Assembly: GCA_963708085.1 (NCBI GenBank)
Contig: OY970180.1
Span: 792,565-856,564, forward strand
Length of the DNA stretch: 64,000 nt
Reading direction: 5' to 3'
DNA from: an uncultured Actinomycetota bacterium
Lineage (GTDB): Bacteria > Actinomycetota > Thermoleophilia > Solirubrobacterales > Solirubrobacteraceae
This document shows, piece by piece, positions 28,004 through 38,418 of the stretch. The notes under the pieces are model-generated. The model saw only the letters and a list, made by a program, of their open reading frames with translations. It searched no databases and had not been told where the DNA came from. The position numbers and the translations under genes were made by a program. How positions within the stretch are numbered: position 1 is the stretch's first letter; the number at the start of each line of letters is the position of its first letter.

Positions 28004-29440
28004 ATGTCACGCGAAATCCTTGAGGCCATGCACGCGCTGGCGCGCGAGAAGGGCATCGAGCCGGAGAAGCTGATGATCGCCCTGGAGGACGCGCTGCTCT
28101 CTGCATACAAGAAGCAGCCGGGAGCGGCCAAGTATGCGCGCGTGGAAATCGACCGCGAGACCGCCGACTTCCGGGTGATCGAACTGATCATCCCCGAACG
28201 GCTGGAGGCGCACCTGATCGTCGAGACGATCGACGAGGAAACCGTCGTGGATCCCGAGACCGGCGAGCTGCGCGAACCGCAGGAACCGGTGATCGACCCC
28301 AAGAAGTTCGAGGAGTACCGCGACCAGATCGACGAGCGTGACGTCACGCCCGACGACTTCGGCCGGATCGCCGCGCAGACCGCCAAGCAGGTGATCCTGC
28401 AGCGCATCCGCGAGGCCGAGCGCGACATGATGTTCGAGGAATACCGTGACCGCGTCGGCGAGCTCGTGACCGGGATCGTGCAGCAGTCCGACTCCCGCTA
28501 CACGCTCGTGCAGCTGCGCGAGCGCGTGGAGGCGCTGCTGCCGAAGTCCGAGCAGGTCGACGGCGAGCGCTACGACCACTCCCAGCGGATCAAGGCCGTG
28601 ATCAAGGAGGTCTCGCCCTCCACCAAGGGCCCCTCGATCATCGTCTCCCGCCGCGACCCCGAGCTGATCAAGCAGCTCTTCGAGCTGGAGGTGCCCGAGA
28701 TCGCCGACAGCCTGGTGGAGATCGTGGGCGTCGCGCGCGAGCCCGGCTATCGCTCCAAGATCGCGGTTGTCTCGCACACCGATGGAGTGGATCCTGTCGG
28801 CGCATGTGTCGGACCGCGCGGCTCGCGTGTGCGCATGGTCGTCTCCGAGCTGCGCGGCGAGAAGATCGACATCATCCCCTTCAACGAAGAGCCGGCCCGC
28901 TTCGTGGCCAAGGCGCTCTCACCCGCGCGCGTGCGTGAGGTGCTGGTCGACGACGAGAACAAGCAGGCGACCGTGATCGTGCCCGACGACCAGCTCTCGC
29001 TAGCGATCGGCCGCGAAGGCCAGAACGCGCGCCTGGCGGCGCGCCTGACCGGCTGGCGCGTAGACATTCGCTCGGAGACCGAGTTCGCGGCCGAGGAGGC
29101 CGAGCAGGGCTATGGCGAGGAGGAGGAGGTCTCCGGCCGCTGCGCCGCGATTCTCTCAAACGGCCGTCGCTGCCCCAACGCCTCGCTGCCGGGCTCGCGC
29201 TACTGCGGCCTGGATGCCCATCAGGCGCTCGCGAACATCGACAGCGATCGGGTCGCGGACCTGGCCGGCGGCGAGGATGAGCCCTCGGCCGCCGAGAATG
29301 GCTCCGCTGGGACCGAGGAGACCCTGCAGGCGCAGGAGAGCGTGGCCGACAACGCCCCGCGGCAGGAACAAGAGAGCGAGACGGTCGACGCCGGCGCGCA
29401 GGAGCCGGCGGCCGAGCTCACCGAGGAGCAGGCGTCATAG
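28004..29440 (+). CDS. nusA: Transcription termination/antitermination factor NusA with Cys/His-containing acidic C-terminal extension
   Basis: An N-terminal domain, then S1 (GELVTGIVQQ), then two KH domains (GVDPVGACVGPRGSRV; LSLAIGREGQNARLAARLTGW). A tail of about 110 aa follows. Confidence 0.95.
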   Translation: MSREILEAMHALAREKGIEPEKLMIALEDALLSAYKKQPGAAKYARVEIDRETADFRVIELIIPERLEAHLIVETIDEETVVDPETGELREPQEPVIDPKKFEEYRDQIDERDVTPDDFGRIAAQTAKQVILQRIREAERDMMFEEYRDRVGELVTGIVQQSDSRYTLVQLRERVEALLPKSEQVDGERYDHSQRIKAVIKEVSPSTKGPSIIVSRRDPELIKQLFELEVPEIADSLVEIVGVAREPGYRSKIAVVSHTDGVDPVGACVGPRGSRVRMVVSELRGEKIDIIPFNEEPARFVAKALSPARVREVLVDDENKQATVIVPDDQLSLAIGREGQNARLAARLTGWRVDIRSETEFAAEEAEQGYGEEEEVSGRCAAILSNGRRCPNASLPGSRYCGLDAHQALANIDSDRVADLAGGEDEPSAAENGSAGTEETLQAQESVADNAPRQEQESETVDAGAQEPAAELTEEQAS

Positions 29441-29448
29441 CGGGTCAC

Positions 29449-29730
29449 GTGCCGCAGCGCCGGTGCACCGGCTGCGGGCGGATCACAAGCAAGGGCGATC
29501 TCGTGCGTCTCGCACTGGCTCGCAAGCCGGGACAGACGCGCGCATCAGCGGTCGTGGTGGACGAGCACGCGCGCCTCGGCGGCCGCGGCGCCTACGTCTG
29601 CGCGCACGAGGTCGGCGTCCCCGAGCGCGAGTGCCTGGAGCAGGCGCTACGGCGCGGCTCGATCGTGCGGACGCTGCGCTGCGGCGCGAAGATCGACTCC
29701 TCCGACCTCCTAGAATCGGGTTCCCGATGA
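29449..29730 (+). CDS. ylxR: YlxR/RnpM family (DUF448) RNA-binding protein
   Basis: RRCTGCGR...KGDLVRL...GRGAYVC motif. Conserved position between nusA and infB. Stop overlaps the infB ATG. Confidence 0.8.
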   Translation: MPQRRCTGCGRITSKGDLVRLALARKPGQTRASAVVVDEHARLGGRGAYVCAHEVGVPERECLEQALRRGSIVRTLRCGAKIDSSDLLESGSR

Positions 29731-32132
29731 GCAAGAAGCGCGTGCATGAGATCGCAAAGGAGCAGAACGTCTCCAGCAAGGAGCTGCTCGAGCGTCTGCA
29801 GGCCGCCGGCATCGATGCGAAGGCGGCAGCTTCCTCCGTCGACGAGGCCAGCGCGCTGAAGGCGCTTGGCGCAAACGGCGCCGGGAAGACCACCCCGCCG
29901 GCGCCAGCCAACACGGGAAATGGTGCCGGTGGCAGCCCGCCTCAGCAGGCGGCGCCGCCTGCTACGCCCAAGGCAGTCCAGCCGCAGCCCGTCGCCCCGG
30001 CGACACCGCCGCCGGCAACGCCACAGGCGCAGAGCGCCACCGCGCCGACTGTGCGCGATGGCGGTACGGCCGCGCAGCAGCCGAATGCGCCCGTCGCCCC
30101 GGCTGCACCAGCGGGCCAGCAGGCCGGCGAGGACGGCAAGCAGGCGGCCCATGCGCGGCCCACGCGCGACTCCCGCACCGGCGAGCAGGCCCCCGGCGGC
30201 GCCAACCGGACCGGCCGCAGGCGCGTTGTGATCGACTCGCAGGCTTCACGACGCCCTGCCGCAGGCGGACCGGCCTCCCAGCCGCCACGCAGGCCGCCGC
30301 GCAGAGGCAGGCGCCGCCGCGGCGTCTATGACGAAACGATCGCGCCGCTGGACTCCTCGACCGTGGAAGCGGTCGACCTGATCCGCGTCAACTCCGGCTC
30401 GACCGTGAAGGATGTGGCCGAGTATCTCGGCGTGCCGGTGCCCGAGGTGATCAAGAAGCTGATGAGCCTGGGGGAGATGGCGACGCTGACCCAGACGCTC
30501 GCCGACGACGCGATCCAGGTGCTGGCCGACGAGTTCGAGAAGAAGATCGAGCTCGTGCACGCCGCAGACGAGGTGGAGCTCGAACCCGAGTTCGAGGATG
30601 AGGAGCAGGAGCTCGTCGACCGTCCGCCGGTGGTCACGATCATGGGTCACGTCGATCACGGCAAGACTTCGCTGCTGGACGCGATCCGCAACACCGAGGT
30701 GGCGGCGGGGGAGGCAGGCGGCATCACCCAGCACATCGGCGCCTACCAGGTCGGCCACGCCGGCAAGGAGATCACCTTCCTGGACACCCCCGGCCACGAG
30801 GCGTTCACCGCGATGCGCGCCCGCGGCGCCCGGGTGACCGACGTCGCGGTGATCGTGGTGGCCGCCGACGACGGCGTGAAGCCCCAGACCGAAGAGGCGA
30901 TCGACCACGCCAAGGCGGCCGAAGTGCCGATCGTCGTGGCCGTCAACAAGGTGGACAAGGAGGGCGCGCAGCCTGAGCGCGTGCGCAGCGAGATGGCCCA
31001 GCACGGCCTGCAACCATCCGACTGGGGCGGAGAAACCGAGTTCGTCGACGTCTCGGCCAAGACCGGCCAAGGCCTCTCCGACCTGCTCGACACGATCCAG
31101 GTGGTCTCAGACCTGGAGGAGCTGAAGGCCAACCCGGACGCCGAGGCATCGGGCACCGTGATCGAGTCCAAGCTCGACCCGGGCCGCGGGCCGGTCGTCA
31201 GCATCCTGATTCAGCGCGGCACGCTGCACGTGGGCGATGCGCTGGTCGCTGGCGCGCACTATGGGCGCGTGCGAGCGATGAACGACTGGGGCGGCGGGCG
31301 GATCAAGCGCGCCATGCCCGGCCAGCCGGTCGAGGTGCTCGGCTTTGACGGCGTGCCCGAGGCCGGCGAGCACATGCGCGCGGTGGAGAACGAGCGCCGG
31401 GCGCGCCAGCTTGCCGCCGAACGCGCCACGCGCCTCAAGACAGAGGCGCTGGCACGCCGCTCCGGGCGCAAGATCTCCCTGGAGGACGTCTTCAAGCTCG
31501 CCCAGGAAGGCGCGGTCAAGGAGCTTGGCCTCGTGATCAAGGCCGACGTGGCCGGGTCGCTTGAGGCGATTGAGGACGAGATCGCAAAGCTGCCGCAGGA
31601 CGAGGTCAGCGTGAACGTGATCCACCGCGGCGTCGGCGGCATCAACGAGTCCGACGTGATGCTGGCCGTCGCCTCAGGCGGGCTGATCCTCGCCTTCAAC
31701 GTGCGGCCCGTAGGCGACGCGCGCCGGCTGGCCGAGCGCGAGGGCGTGGAGATCCGCTCCTACTCGGTCATCTACCGGGCGATCGAAGAGCTGCGCGCTG
31801 CGATGCAGGGCATGCTCGATCCCGAGGAGGTCGAGACCTCGGTCGGGCAGGCAGAGGTGCGCCAGCTCTTCCGCGCCTCCAAGATCGGCGTGATCGCCGG
31901 CTCCTACGTGACCGAGGGCCATGTGACGCGCGGAATGCGGGTGCGCGTCGTGCGCGAGGGGACCGTCATCTACGACACCACGATCGGGAGCCTGCGACGG
32001 TTCAACGAGGACACGCGCGAGGTATCGAGCGGCTACGAGTGCGGCATCGTGCTCACCAACTTCCAGGATCTGCGTGAGGGAGATGTGCTCGAGGCCTACG
32101 AGACACGGTTGCGCGAGCGCGAGCTGGCGTAG
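29727..32132 (+). CDS. infB: Translation initiation factor IF-2
   Basis: [12 protein letters not shown]... N terminus, a Pro/Ala-rich linker, and a GTPase domain ([27 protein letters not shown]). The 205 codons upstream in ORF 29112.. overlap nusA/ylxR and are rejected. Confidence 0.95.
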   Translation: MSKKRVHEIAKEQNVSSKELLERLQAAGIDAKAAASSVDEASALKALGANGAGKTTPPAPANTGNGAGGSPPQQAAPPATPKAVQPQPVAPATPPPATPQAQSATAPTVRDGGTAAQQPNAPVAPAAPAGQQAGEDGKQAAHARPTRDSRTGEQAPGGANRTGRRRVVIDSQASRRPAAGGPASQPPRRPPRRGRRRRGVYDETIAPLDSSTVEAVDLIRVNSGSTVKDVAEYLGVPVPEVIKKLMSLGEMATLTQTLADDAIQVLADEFEKKIELVHAADEVELEPEFEDEEQELVDRPPVVTIMGHVDHGKTSLLDAIRNTEVAAGEAGGITQHIGAYQVGHAGKEITFLDTPGHEAFTAMRARGARVTDVAVIVVAADDGVKPQTEEAIDHAKAAEVPIVVAVNKVDKEGAQPERVRSEMAQHGLQPSDWGGETEFVDVSAKTGQGLSDLLDTIQVVSDLEELKANPDAEASGTVIESKLDPGRGPVVSILIQRGTLHVGDALVAGAHYGRVRAMNDWGGGRIKRAMPGQPVEVLGFDGVPEAGEHMRAVENERRARQLAAERATRLKTEALARRSGRKISLEDVFKLAQEGAVKELGLVIKADVAGSLEAIEDEIAKLPQDEVSVNVIHRGVGGINESDVMLAVASGGLILAFNVRPVGDARRLAEREGVEIRSYSVIYRAIEELRAAMQGMLDPEEVETSVGQAEVRQLFRASKIGVIAGSYVTEGHVTRGMRVRVVREGTVIYDTTIGSLRRFNEDTREVSSGYECGIVLTNFQDLREGDVLEAYETRLRERELA

Positions 32133-32165
32133 GGCCCACCCTGCTCCGCCTGCGCGGCCAGTACG

Positions 32166-32507
32166 ATGAGCTCCGACCGGCTGGCTCGCGTGGAGGAGGC
32201 GATCCGTGAGGTGATCGCAGATGCGATGGCCGGCGATATCAAGGACCCCCGTGTGGGATTCGTCACCGTGACAGATGTGAGGACCAGCCCTGACCTCAGG
32301 CATGCACACGTGCACGTCAGCGTCCTGGGCGACGAGCAGCAGCGCGAGGCCTCGATCGAGGGGTTGCGCAGCGCACATGGCTTCCTACAGCGCCAGATCG
32401 CGGCGCAGCTGCGGCTCAAGCGCACACCCACGTTGCAGTTCCATTACGACCAGACAACCGATAATGCAATGCGCATCGAATCGCTGATGCGCCAGGAGGA
32501 GCAATGA
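32166..32507 (+). CDS. rbfA: 30S ribosome-binding factor RbfA
   Basis: DPRVGFVTVTDVRTSPDLRHAHVHVS...LRLKRTPTLQFHYD signature. Confidence 0.92.
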   Translation: MSSDRLARVEEAIREVIADAMAGDIKDPRVGFVTVTDVRTSPDLRHAHVHVSVLGDEQQREASIEGLRSAHGFLQRQIAAQLRLKRTPTLQFHYDQTTDNAMRIESLMRQEEQ

Positions 32508-33523
32508 GCCTTGGCGACGCGCAAGCGCGCGCGCAGGTGCTGGAACGGCTGCAGGCAGACTCCTCCTTCCTGCTGGCCACGCACGAGGCGCCGGACGGCG
32601 ACGCGTTGGGATCGCTGCTTGCGATGCACGGTCTGCTGATCGCGCTGGGCAAGCAGGCCGAGATGTTCATCTCGCCCAGCGACCTGCCGCTGCCCTATGA
32701 GTACAGCTTCTTCGACACGCCCCGCACGATTCAGGCGCCGCCGGCGGACATCGCCACGCGCACCGTGATCCTGCTCGACTGCGGGAACATCGATCGCAAC
32801 TCCGCCGACGTGCTGCGCGACGGGCGCCACCTGATCAACATCGACCACCACCACGACAACACCGGCTTCGGGACGTTGAACTACGTGGTCCCGAGCGCCT
32901 CGTGCACCGCGGAGATCGTCTGGGAGCTGATGCACGATCTCGGCATCGCTGCGCACGGGCGAATCGCGGAAGCGCTCTACGTGGCGCTGATCACCGACAC
33001 CGGCCGCTTCATGTACGAGAACACCGGGCCGCGCGCGCACCAGATGGCGGCCGAGCTGATAGAGGCCGGAGTGGACGTGCAGGGCATCTACCGCCGGCTG
33101 TTCGAGGAGATGCCGCTGGCCAAGCTGCAGCTGCTCGCGCGTGCCCTGGCCAGCGTGCGCAGCTACGATCAGGGCCGGCTCACGCTAGCTTCGATCACGC
33201 TCGATGACCTGCGGGCCACCGGCGCGAAGGAGAGCCATCACGAGGGCATCGTCGACCAGTTGCGCGCCGTGCGCGGCACGAAGGTCGCGGCGCTCGTGCG
33301 GGAGGTCGAGGCGATCGACGGCTCGCTGCGCCGCAAGGTCTCGCTGCGAGCCACCGACGAAGAGTTCGACGTCTCGGCGATCGCGCGCATCGAAGGCGGT
33401 GGCGGCCATCGCCGCGCGGCCGGCTTCACCACCGATCTCGACGTGCAGGAGATCGCTGCGCTGCTGCGGCGCGAGATCGCCCTGCGCCTGGACGGCGAGC
33501 ACGCCGCCGCCATCTCTTCATAG
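32504..33523 (+). CDS. nrnA: DHH-family phosphoesterase (NrnA-type oligoribonuclease / pAp phosphatase)
   Basis: HEAPDGDALGS, DCG, INIDHHHDN, and GGGHRRAAG (DHHA1) motifs. Conserved rbfA-nrnA-truB order. Confidence 0.88.
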   Translation: MSLGDAQARAQVLERLQADSSFLLATHEAPDGDALGSLLAMHGLLIALGKQAEMFISPSDLPLPYEYSFFDTPRTIQAPPADIATRTVILLDCGNIDRNSADVLRDGRHLINIDHHHDNTGFGTLNYVVPSASCTAEIVWELMHDLGIAAHGRIAEALYVALITDTGRFMYENTGPRAHQMAAELIEAGVDVQGIYRRLFEEMPLAKLQLLARALASVRSYDQGRLTLASITLDDLRATGAKESHHEGIVDQLRAVRGTKVAALVREVEAIDGSLRRKVSLRATDEEFDVSAIARIEGGGGHRRAAGFTTDLDVQEIAALLRREIALRLDGEHAAAISS

Positions 33524-33528
33524 GCCCC

Positions 33529-34197
33529 GTGGCCGAGCCCGCGGAGGGGATCCTCCAAATCGACAAGCCCGCCGGCATGACCTCCCACGACGTGGTTGCC
33601 GCGGTCAGGCATCGGCTCGGTGGAGTCAAGACCGGGCACGCCGGCACGCTCGATCCGTTCGCGACCGGTCTGCTGCTGGTGCTGCTCGGCAGGGCCACCA
33701 AGCTGCAGGACCGGCTGATGGGCCTGCCAAAGGCATACGAGACGCTTGCGATACTTGGCGCACGTTCGAGCACCGGCGACCCCGAGGGTGAGATCGAGCA
33801 GACTGGAAGCATGCCAGCCGACCCGCCGCCGCTGCCTACGGGCGAGGTGATGCAGCGGCCGCCGATCTACTCGGCAATCAAGATCGAAGGGGAGCGCGCC
33901 TACAAGCGCGCACGGCGGGGCGAGAGCTTTGCGATGCCGCCGCGGATCGTGACCGTGTACCGCTTCGAGCAGACCTGGCGCCAGGGGGAGCGGGCGCGGT
34001 TTGAGATCGAGTGCTCCTCGGGCACCTACGTGCGCTCGCTGATCGCAGACCTCGACGACGCCTACTGCCTGGAGCTGCGCCGCACCCGGATCGGGCCATT
34101 CGACGTCGCCGATGCCGTGGCGCCGCCGCGGCGCGGAGAGCCATGGAGCGCGCCTCAACCGTTCACGATCGAGCACGTGCGCGCGCTGCTCCAATAA
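33529..34197 (+). CDS. truB: tRNA pseudouridine(55) synthase TruB
   Basis: GILQIDKPAGMTSHDVV...GHAGTLDPFATGLL catalytic-Asp block, plus PPIYSAIKIEGERAYK. Confidence 0.93.
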   Translation: MAEPAEGILQIDKPAGMTSHDVVAAVRHRLGGVKTGHAGTLDPFATGLLLVLLGRATKLQDRLMGLPKAYETLAILGARSSTGDPEGEIEQTGSMPADPPPLPTGEVMQRPPIYSAIKIEGERAYKRARRGESFAMPPRIVTVYRFEQTWRQGERARFEIECSSGTYVRSLIADLDDAYCLELRRTRIGPFDVADAVAPPRRGEPWSAPQPFTIEHVRALLQ

Positions 34198-34207
34198 CCT
34201 TGACGCT

Positions 34208-35089
34208 GTGAAGATCGTCTCTCTGCCCGACGTGAGCAGGGCGCAGCGCAGGGTGGCGGTCGGCACCTTTGACGGGGTGCACCTCGGTCACCGCGAGGTG
34301 ATCGCCGGTTGCGACAGCGTGCTGACCTTCGAACCGCACCCGGTCTCCGTGGTGGCGCCCGCGCACGCGCCGAAGCTGCTCACCGACCTGCCCCGCAAGG
34401 CGGCGCTGATCGAGGCGCTGGGCGTTGCGGAGCTGATCGTGATCCCATTCGATCAGCAGTTCGCGAGCCTGGAGGCAGCGGCGTTCGTTGAGGATGTGCT
34501 GGTGGGCGCGCTCGGCGCCGTCCATGTCTCGGTGGGCGAGAACTTCAGGTTCGGCCACCGCGCCCAGGGCAACGTGGAGCTGCTGCGGGCTGACTCGCGC
34601 TTCACCACAACCGTGCACCCGCTGCTGGAAATAGACGGCGAGATCGTCTCCTCCAGCCACATCCGTGGCTTGGTTGCGGCCGGCGAGGTTGAACACGCTG
34701 CCCGCTTCCTGGGGGCTCCATTCATGCTCGCGGGCGAGGTGGTGCATGGCGATGAGCGAGGACGCGAACTCGGCTTCCCGACGGCAAATCTGGTGCCGGA
34801 CGACCGCCTGGCTTGTCCCGGCCACGGCGTCTACGCCTGCCGCGCGGGCGAGCAGCTGGCGGCTGTGAGTATCGGCGTGCGGCCGACCTTCGACACCGGC
34901 AGGGCCGAGCTGGTCGAGGCCTACCTGCTCGACTTCCAAGGCGACCTCTATGGCAGTACGCTGGAGCTGAGCTTCCTGGAGCGGCTGCGAGGGGAGCGCA
35001 GGTTCGAGAGCGCGGAGGCGCTGGTGCAGCAGATGCAGCTCGATGTGCAGCGCACCCGCGAGATCGCGGCGGCGCGCGAGCGCGACTAG
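34208..35089 (+). CDS. ribF: Bifunctional riboflavin kinase / FAD synthetase
   Basis: [16 protein letters not shown], and the riboflavin-kinase block [15 protein letters not shown]...PTF...[13 protein letters not shown]. Start at GTG 34208. Confidence 0.92.
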   Translation: MKIVSLPDVSRAQRRVAVGTFDGVHLGHREVIAGCDSVLTFEPHPVSVVAPAHAPKLLTDLPRKAALIEALGVAELIVIPFDQQFASLEAAAFVEDVLVGALGAVHVSVGENFRFGHRAQGNVELLRADSRFTTTVHPLLEIDGEIVSSSHIRGLVAAGEVEHAARFLGAPFMLAGEVVHGDERGRELGFPTANLVPDDRLACPGHGVYACRAGEQLAAVSIGVRPTFDTGRAELVEAYLLDFQGDLYGSTLELSFLERLRGERRFESAEALVQQMQLDVQRTREIAAARERD

Positions 35090-35127
35090 GTGACCTGCCC
35101 AGCCGGCCTGCTAGCCTGTGCGGCCGC

Positions 35128-35400
35128 ATGCCGCTGACCACCGACAGAAAGCACGAGCTCGCCACCCAGTACGGCGCCCACGAGGGCGACGTCGGCGGCA
35201 CCAAGGTTCAGATCGCGATGCTGACCGAGCGCATCAACCACCTTAACGACAGCCACCTGCGTGAACAGCGCAAGGACCACCACTCCCGCCGCGGGCTGCT
35301 GAAGCTGGTCGGCCGCCGCCGCCGCCTGCTCGACTACCTGCAGCGCAACGACCTCGAGGGGTACCGTGCGCTGATCAAGGACCTCGGTCTGCGGAAGTGA
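35128..35400 (+). CDS. rpsO: 30S ribosomal protein S15
   Basis: 90 aa. [52 protein letters not shown] is the S15 signature. Confidence 0.95.
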   Translation: MPLTTDRKHELATQYGAHEGDVGGTKVQIAMLTERINHLNDSHLREQRKDHHSRRGLLKLVGRRRRLLDYLQRNDLEGYRALIKDLGLRK

Positions 35401-35517
35401 TCCTGGACGGCCGATGACCTGCGCTCAGCATTGTCCTCGGTCGCTCGCGTACCACTACGTACGCCACGCTCCCTGCGTTCGCGCTGCGCTTGGTCCTCGA
35501 CCGTCCAGCCAAGAGCG

Positions 35518-35976
35518 GTGAGCGTCCTGCCCGCCGGCACGCAGGTCCCGAGCTTCACGCTTACGCGGGAAGACTCCGAGAAGCTCACCGAGCAGGACCT
35601 GCAGGGGGTCACGACGATCCTCGTCTTCTACCCGTTCGCCTTCAGCCCCGTCTGCACCGACCAGCTGCAGATATACGAAGGCGTGCTCGATCAGCTCACC
35701 GGCAACGGCGAGAAGATCTACGGCGTCTCCTGCGATTCCACCTGGGCGCAGCAGGCGTTTCGCGAGAAGCTCGGGGTCTCAATCCCGCAGCTCTCGGACT
35801 TCGAGCCCAAGGGCGCGGCCTGCGAGGCCTTCGGCGTGCTGCATGAGGGCGGGTTCGCCCAGCGTGCGCTCCTGATCACAGGACCCGACGGCGTGGTGCG
35901 CTGGAGCTACCAGGCGCCATCGCCCGCTGAGCTGCCCAGCGCCGAGCTGCTGCTGGACGGCCTGCGGTCCATCTGA
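35518..35976 (+). CDS. Peroxiredoxin (AhpC/TSA - Bcp-like redoxin)
   Basis: LVFYPFAFSPVCTDQL peroxidatic-Cys motif. Start set at GTG 35518, because the upstream part of the ORF is Arg/Ser-rich junk. Confidence 0.8.
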   Translation: MSVLPAGTQVPSFTLTREDSEKLTEQDLQGVTTILVFYPFAFSPVCTDQLQIYEGVLDQLTGNGEKIYGVSCDSTWAQQAFREKLGVSIPQLSDFEPKGAACEAFGVLHEGGFAQRALLITGPDGVVRWSYQAPSPAELPSAELLLDGLRSI

Positions 35977-36065
35977 GCGTCGCCGCCACGCATCCCTGCT
36001 GCGATTGGCCCTGCGCGGTCCGCTAAGCTGCTTGGCGCATTCGGAATAGATAACTGAGAAGAGCG

Positions 36066-36087
36066 CTCCGCCGACCGAAGGGCGGAG
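36066..36087 (+). promoter_or_regulatory. 7-bp GC hairpin in the pnp leader
   Basis: CTCCGCC-gaccgaag-GGCGGAG, 18 nt before the pnp ATG and directly followed by AGGAAAGCAGAGGA. No T tract follows, so it is more likely a leader or processing hairpin than a terminator. Confidence 0.35.
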
Positions 36088-36104
36088 AGGAAAGCAGAGG
36101 ACAT

Positions 36105-38414
36105 ATGAGCAGTGACTCCGTCACTCGGGTCTCCGTAGAGATCGCTGGCAGCGAGATCTCCTTCGAGACCGGCAGGATGGCCAAGCAGGCCTCCGGAGCA
36201 GTCGTCGTGCGGCAGGGCGACACGATGGTGCTGGCGACCGCAACGGCGGGCGGCAAGCGCGACATCGACTTCATGCCGCTGACCGTGGACGTGGAGGAGC
36301 GGATGTACGCCGCGGGCAAGATCCCCGGCTCCTTCTTCAAGCGCGAGGGCCGCTCCGGTGAGAAGGCGACGCTGACTGCGCGCATGATCGACCGGCCGCT
36401 GCGGCCGCTGTTCGACAAATCCTGGCGCCACGACACCCACCTGGTCGCGATCCCGCTGTCGGTGGACCACGTCCACCCCTACGACATCCTGGCGATGAAC
36501 GGCGCCTCCGCGGCGCTGATGATTTCCAGCGTGCCCTTCGAGGGCCCTGTCGGCGCGGTGCGGATCGGCAAGATCGACGGTGACTTCGTCGTCAACCCGC
36601 CGGAGCCGACGCTGAGCGCCGAAGGCGCAGAGGAGGATGGCGCCGCGGTCTCCGACCTGGATCTGATCGTGGCCGGCACAGAAGACGCGATCCTGATGGT
36701 CGAGGCCGGCGCCAACGAGATCTCCGAGGCGGAGATCCTCGACGCGCTTGACATCGCCCACAGCGAGATCAAGAAGATCTGTCAGATCCAGCGGGATCTG
36801 GCTGCGAAGATCGCCCCGGAGAAGATTCCCGTCGATGCGCTGCAGATCGATCAGGATCTGCTTGCGCAGATCAAGGCCTCCCACGGCGCCGCGCTGGACG
36901 CCGCCACCCAAGTCGTCGAGAAGCTCGAGCGTCAGAACGCGATCGAGGCGGTCGGCGAGGCGATCCTCGAGCAGTACGGATCGCCGGCTCCGGAAGGCGC
37001 AGGCGAGGAGCAGGTCAAGGCCGCCTCGCAGCGCCGCGCGGCCGCGAAGCAGATCTTCGACCACCTTGAGAAGACGATCATCCGCGGGCGGATCGCGGTC
37101 GATAAGAAGCGCCCGGACGGCCGCGCTGCCGACGAGATCCGCGACATCTCGATCGAGGTGGGGGTGACTCCGCGCACGCACGGCTCGGCGCTGTTCACGC
37201 GCGGGCAGACGCAGGCGCTCTCGGTCGCAGCGCTGGGCACGCTCAAGGAGGAGATGCGCCTGGACACGCTCGGCCTGCAGACCAAGAAGTATTACTTCCA
37301 CCACTACAACTTCCCGCCCTTCTCGGTGGGCGAGACCGGCCGTCTTGGCCCCAAGCGGCGTGACATCGGCCACGGCGCGCTGGCCGAGCGGGCGCTGGTC
37401 GCGGTCGTGCCCTCGATCGAGGAGTTCCCCTACACCGTGCGCGTGGTCTCCGACATCCTGGAGTCAAACGGCTCCTCCTCGATGGCTTCGGTCTGCGGCT
37501 CCTCGCTTTCGCTGATGGACGCGGGCGTGCCGATCAAGCGTCCGGTCGCCGGGATCGCGATGGGGCTGATCAAGGAGGGCGATGACTACATCGTCCTGAC
37601 CGACATCGCTGGCGTCGAGGATCACCTCGGCGACATGGACTTCAAGGTCGCCGGCACCGAGCAGGGCATCACCGCGCTGCAGATGGACATCAAGATCTCG
37701 GGCGTCACGTTCGAGATCCTGCGCGATGCGCTCGGGCAGGCAAAGCGCGCACGGACACACATCCTGGGTCTGATGGCCGACGCGATCGGCGGCCCGCGCG
37801 AGCAGCTCTCCCAGTGGGCGCCGCGGATTCAGACGATCCAGATCGACCCGAGCCAGATCGGGCTTTTGATCGGCAAGGGCGGAGAAACGATCCGCGGGCT
37901 CTCGGAGGAGTTCGAGTCCCAGATCGACGTCAACGACGAGGGCCAGGTGCTGATCTACTCCGCTAACGGCGAGCTGTCCGATCAGCTGCTGGAGCGGATC
38001 AGGATGATGATGAAGGAGGTCGAGGTCGGCGACGAATACACCGGCAAGGTCGTAAAGACCACGACCTTCGGCGCATTCGTCGAGCTCGCGAAGGGCACCG
38101 ACGGCCTGCTGCACATATCAAATGTCGCGCCCGGGCGTCGCGTCGACACGGTGGAGGAGGTTCTCAACCGCGGCGACGAGGTTCAGGTGCGCGTGGTCGA
38201 GGTCGACCGCGAGCGCGGCCGCATCGGCCTGCGCCTGGCCGAGGATCCCGATGTCGCCGGCAAGAGCGTCGAGGAGCTTGCAGCGGTCGGCACCGGCGGA
38301 GGAGGCCGCGAGGGCGGCGAGCGTCGCTCCTCGGGCAACGGCCGTCCCGACGGTCCGCGCCGCAGCGATCGCGGCTCCGGCCGTCCTCGGCACGGGGCAG
38401 GCAGAGATCGCTGA
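36105..38414 (+). CDS. pnp: Polyribonucleotide nucleotidyltransferase (PNPase)
   Basis: Two RNase PH domains, then KH ([12 protein letters not shown]), then S1 ([17 protein letters not shown]). Gly/Arg-rich C-terminal tail. Confidence 0.96.
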   Translation: MSSDSVTRVSVEIAGSEISFETGRMAKQASGAVVVRQGDTMVLATATAGGKRDIDFMPLTVDVEERMYAAGKIPGSFFKREGRSGEKATLTARMIDRPLRPLFDKSWRHDTHLVAIPLSVDHVHPYDILAMNGASAALMISSVPFEGPVGAVRIGKIDGDFVVNPPEPTLSAEGAEEDGAAVSDLDLIVAGTEDAILMVEAGANEISEAEILDALDIAHSEIKKICQIQRDLAAKIAPEKIPVDALQIDQDLLAQIKASHGAALDAATQVVEKLERQNAIEAVGEAILEQYGSPAPEGAGEEQVKAASQRRAAAKQIFDHLEKTIIRGRIAVDKKRPDGRAADEIRDISIEVGVTPRTHGSALFTRGQTQALSVAALGTLKEEMRLDTLGLQTKKYYFHHYNFPPFSVGETGRLGPKRRDIGHGALAERALVAVVPSIEEFPYTVRVVSDILESNGSSSMASVCGSSLSLMDAGVPIKRPVAGIAMGLIKEGDDYIVLTDIAGVEDHLGDMDFKVAGTEQGITALQMDIKISGVTFEILRDALGQAKRARTHILGLMADAIGGPREQLSQWAPRIQTIQIDPSQIGLLIGKGGETIRGLSEEFESQIDVNDEGQVLIYSANGELSDQLLERIRMMMKEVEVGDEYTGKVVKTTTFGAFVELAKGTDGLLHISNVAPGRRVDTVEEVLNRGDEVQVRVVEVDRERGRIGLRLAEDPDVAGKSVEELAAVGTGGGGREGGERRSSGNGRPDGPRRSDRGSGRPRHGAGRDR

Positions 38415-38418
38415 GGGC

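Noticed and set aside
29112-29726. 205-codon N-terminal extension of infB in the ORF track
   Set aside because: It overlaps the well-supported nusA 3' end and ylxR in another frame. The canonical IF-2 N terminus [12 protein letters not shown] starts at 29727 with an ATGA overlap to ylxR.
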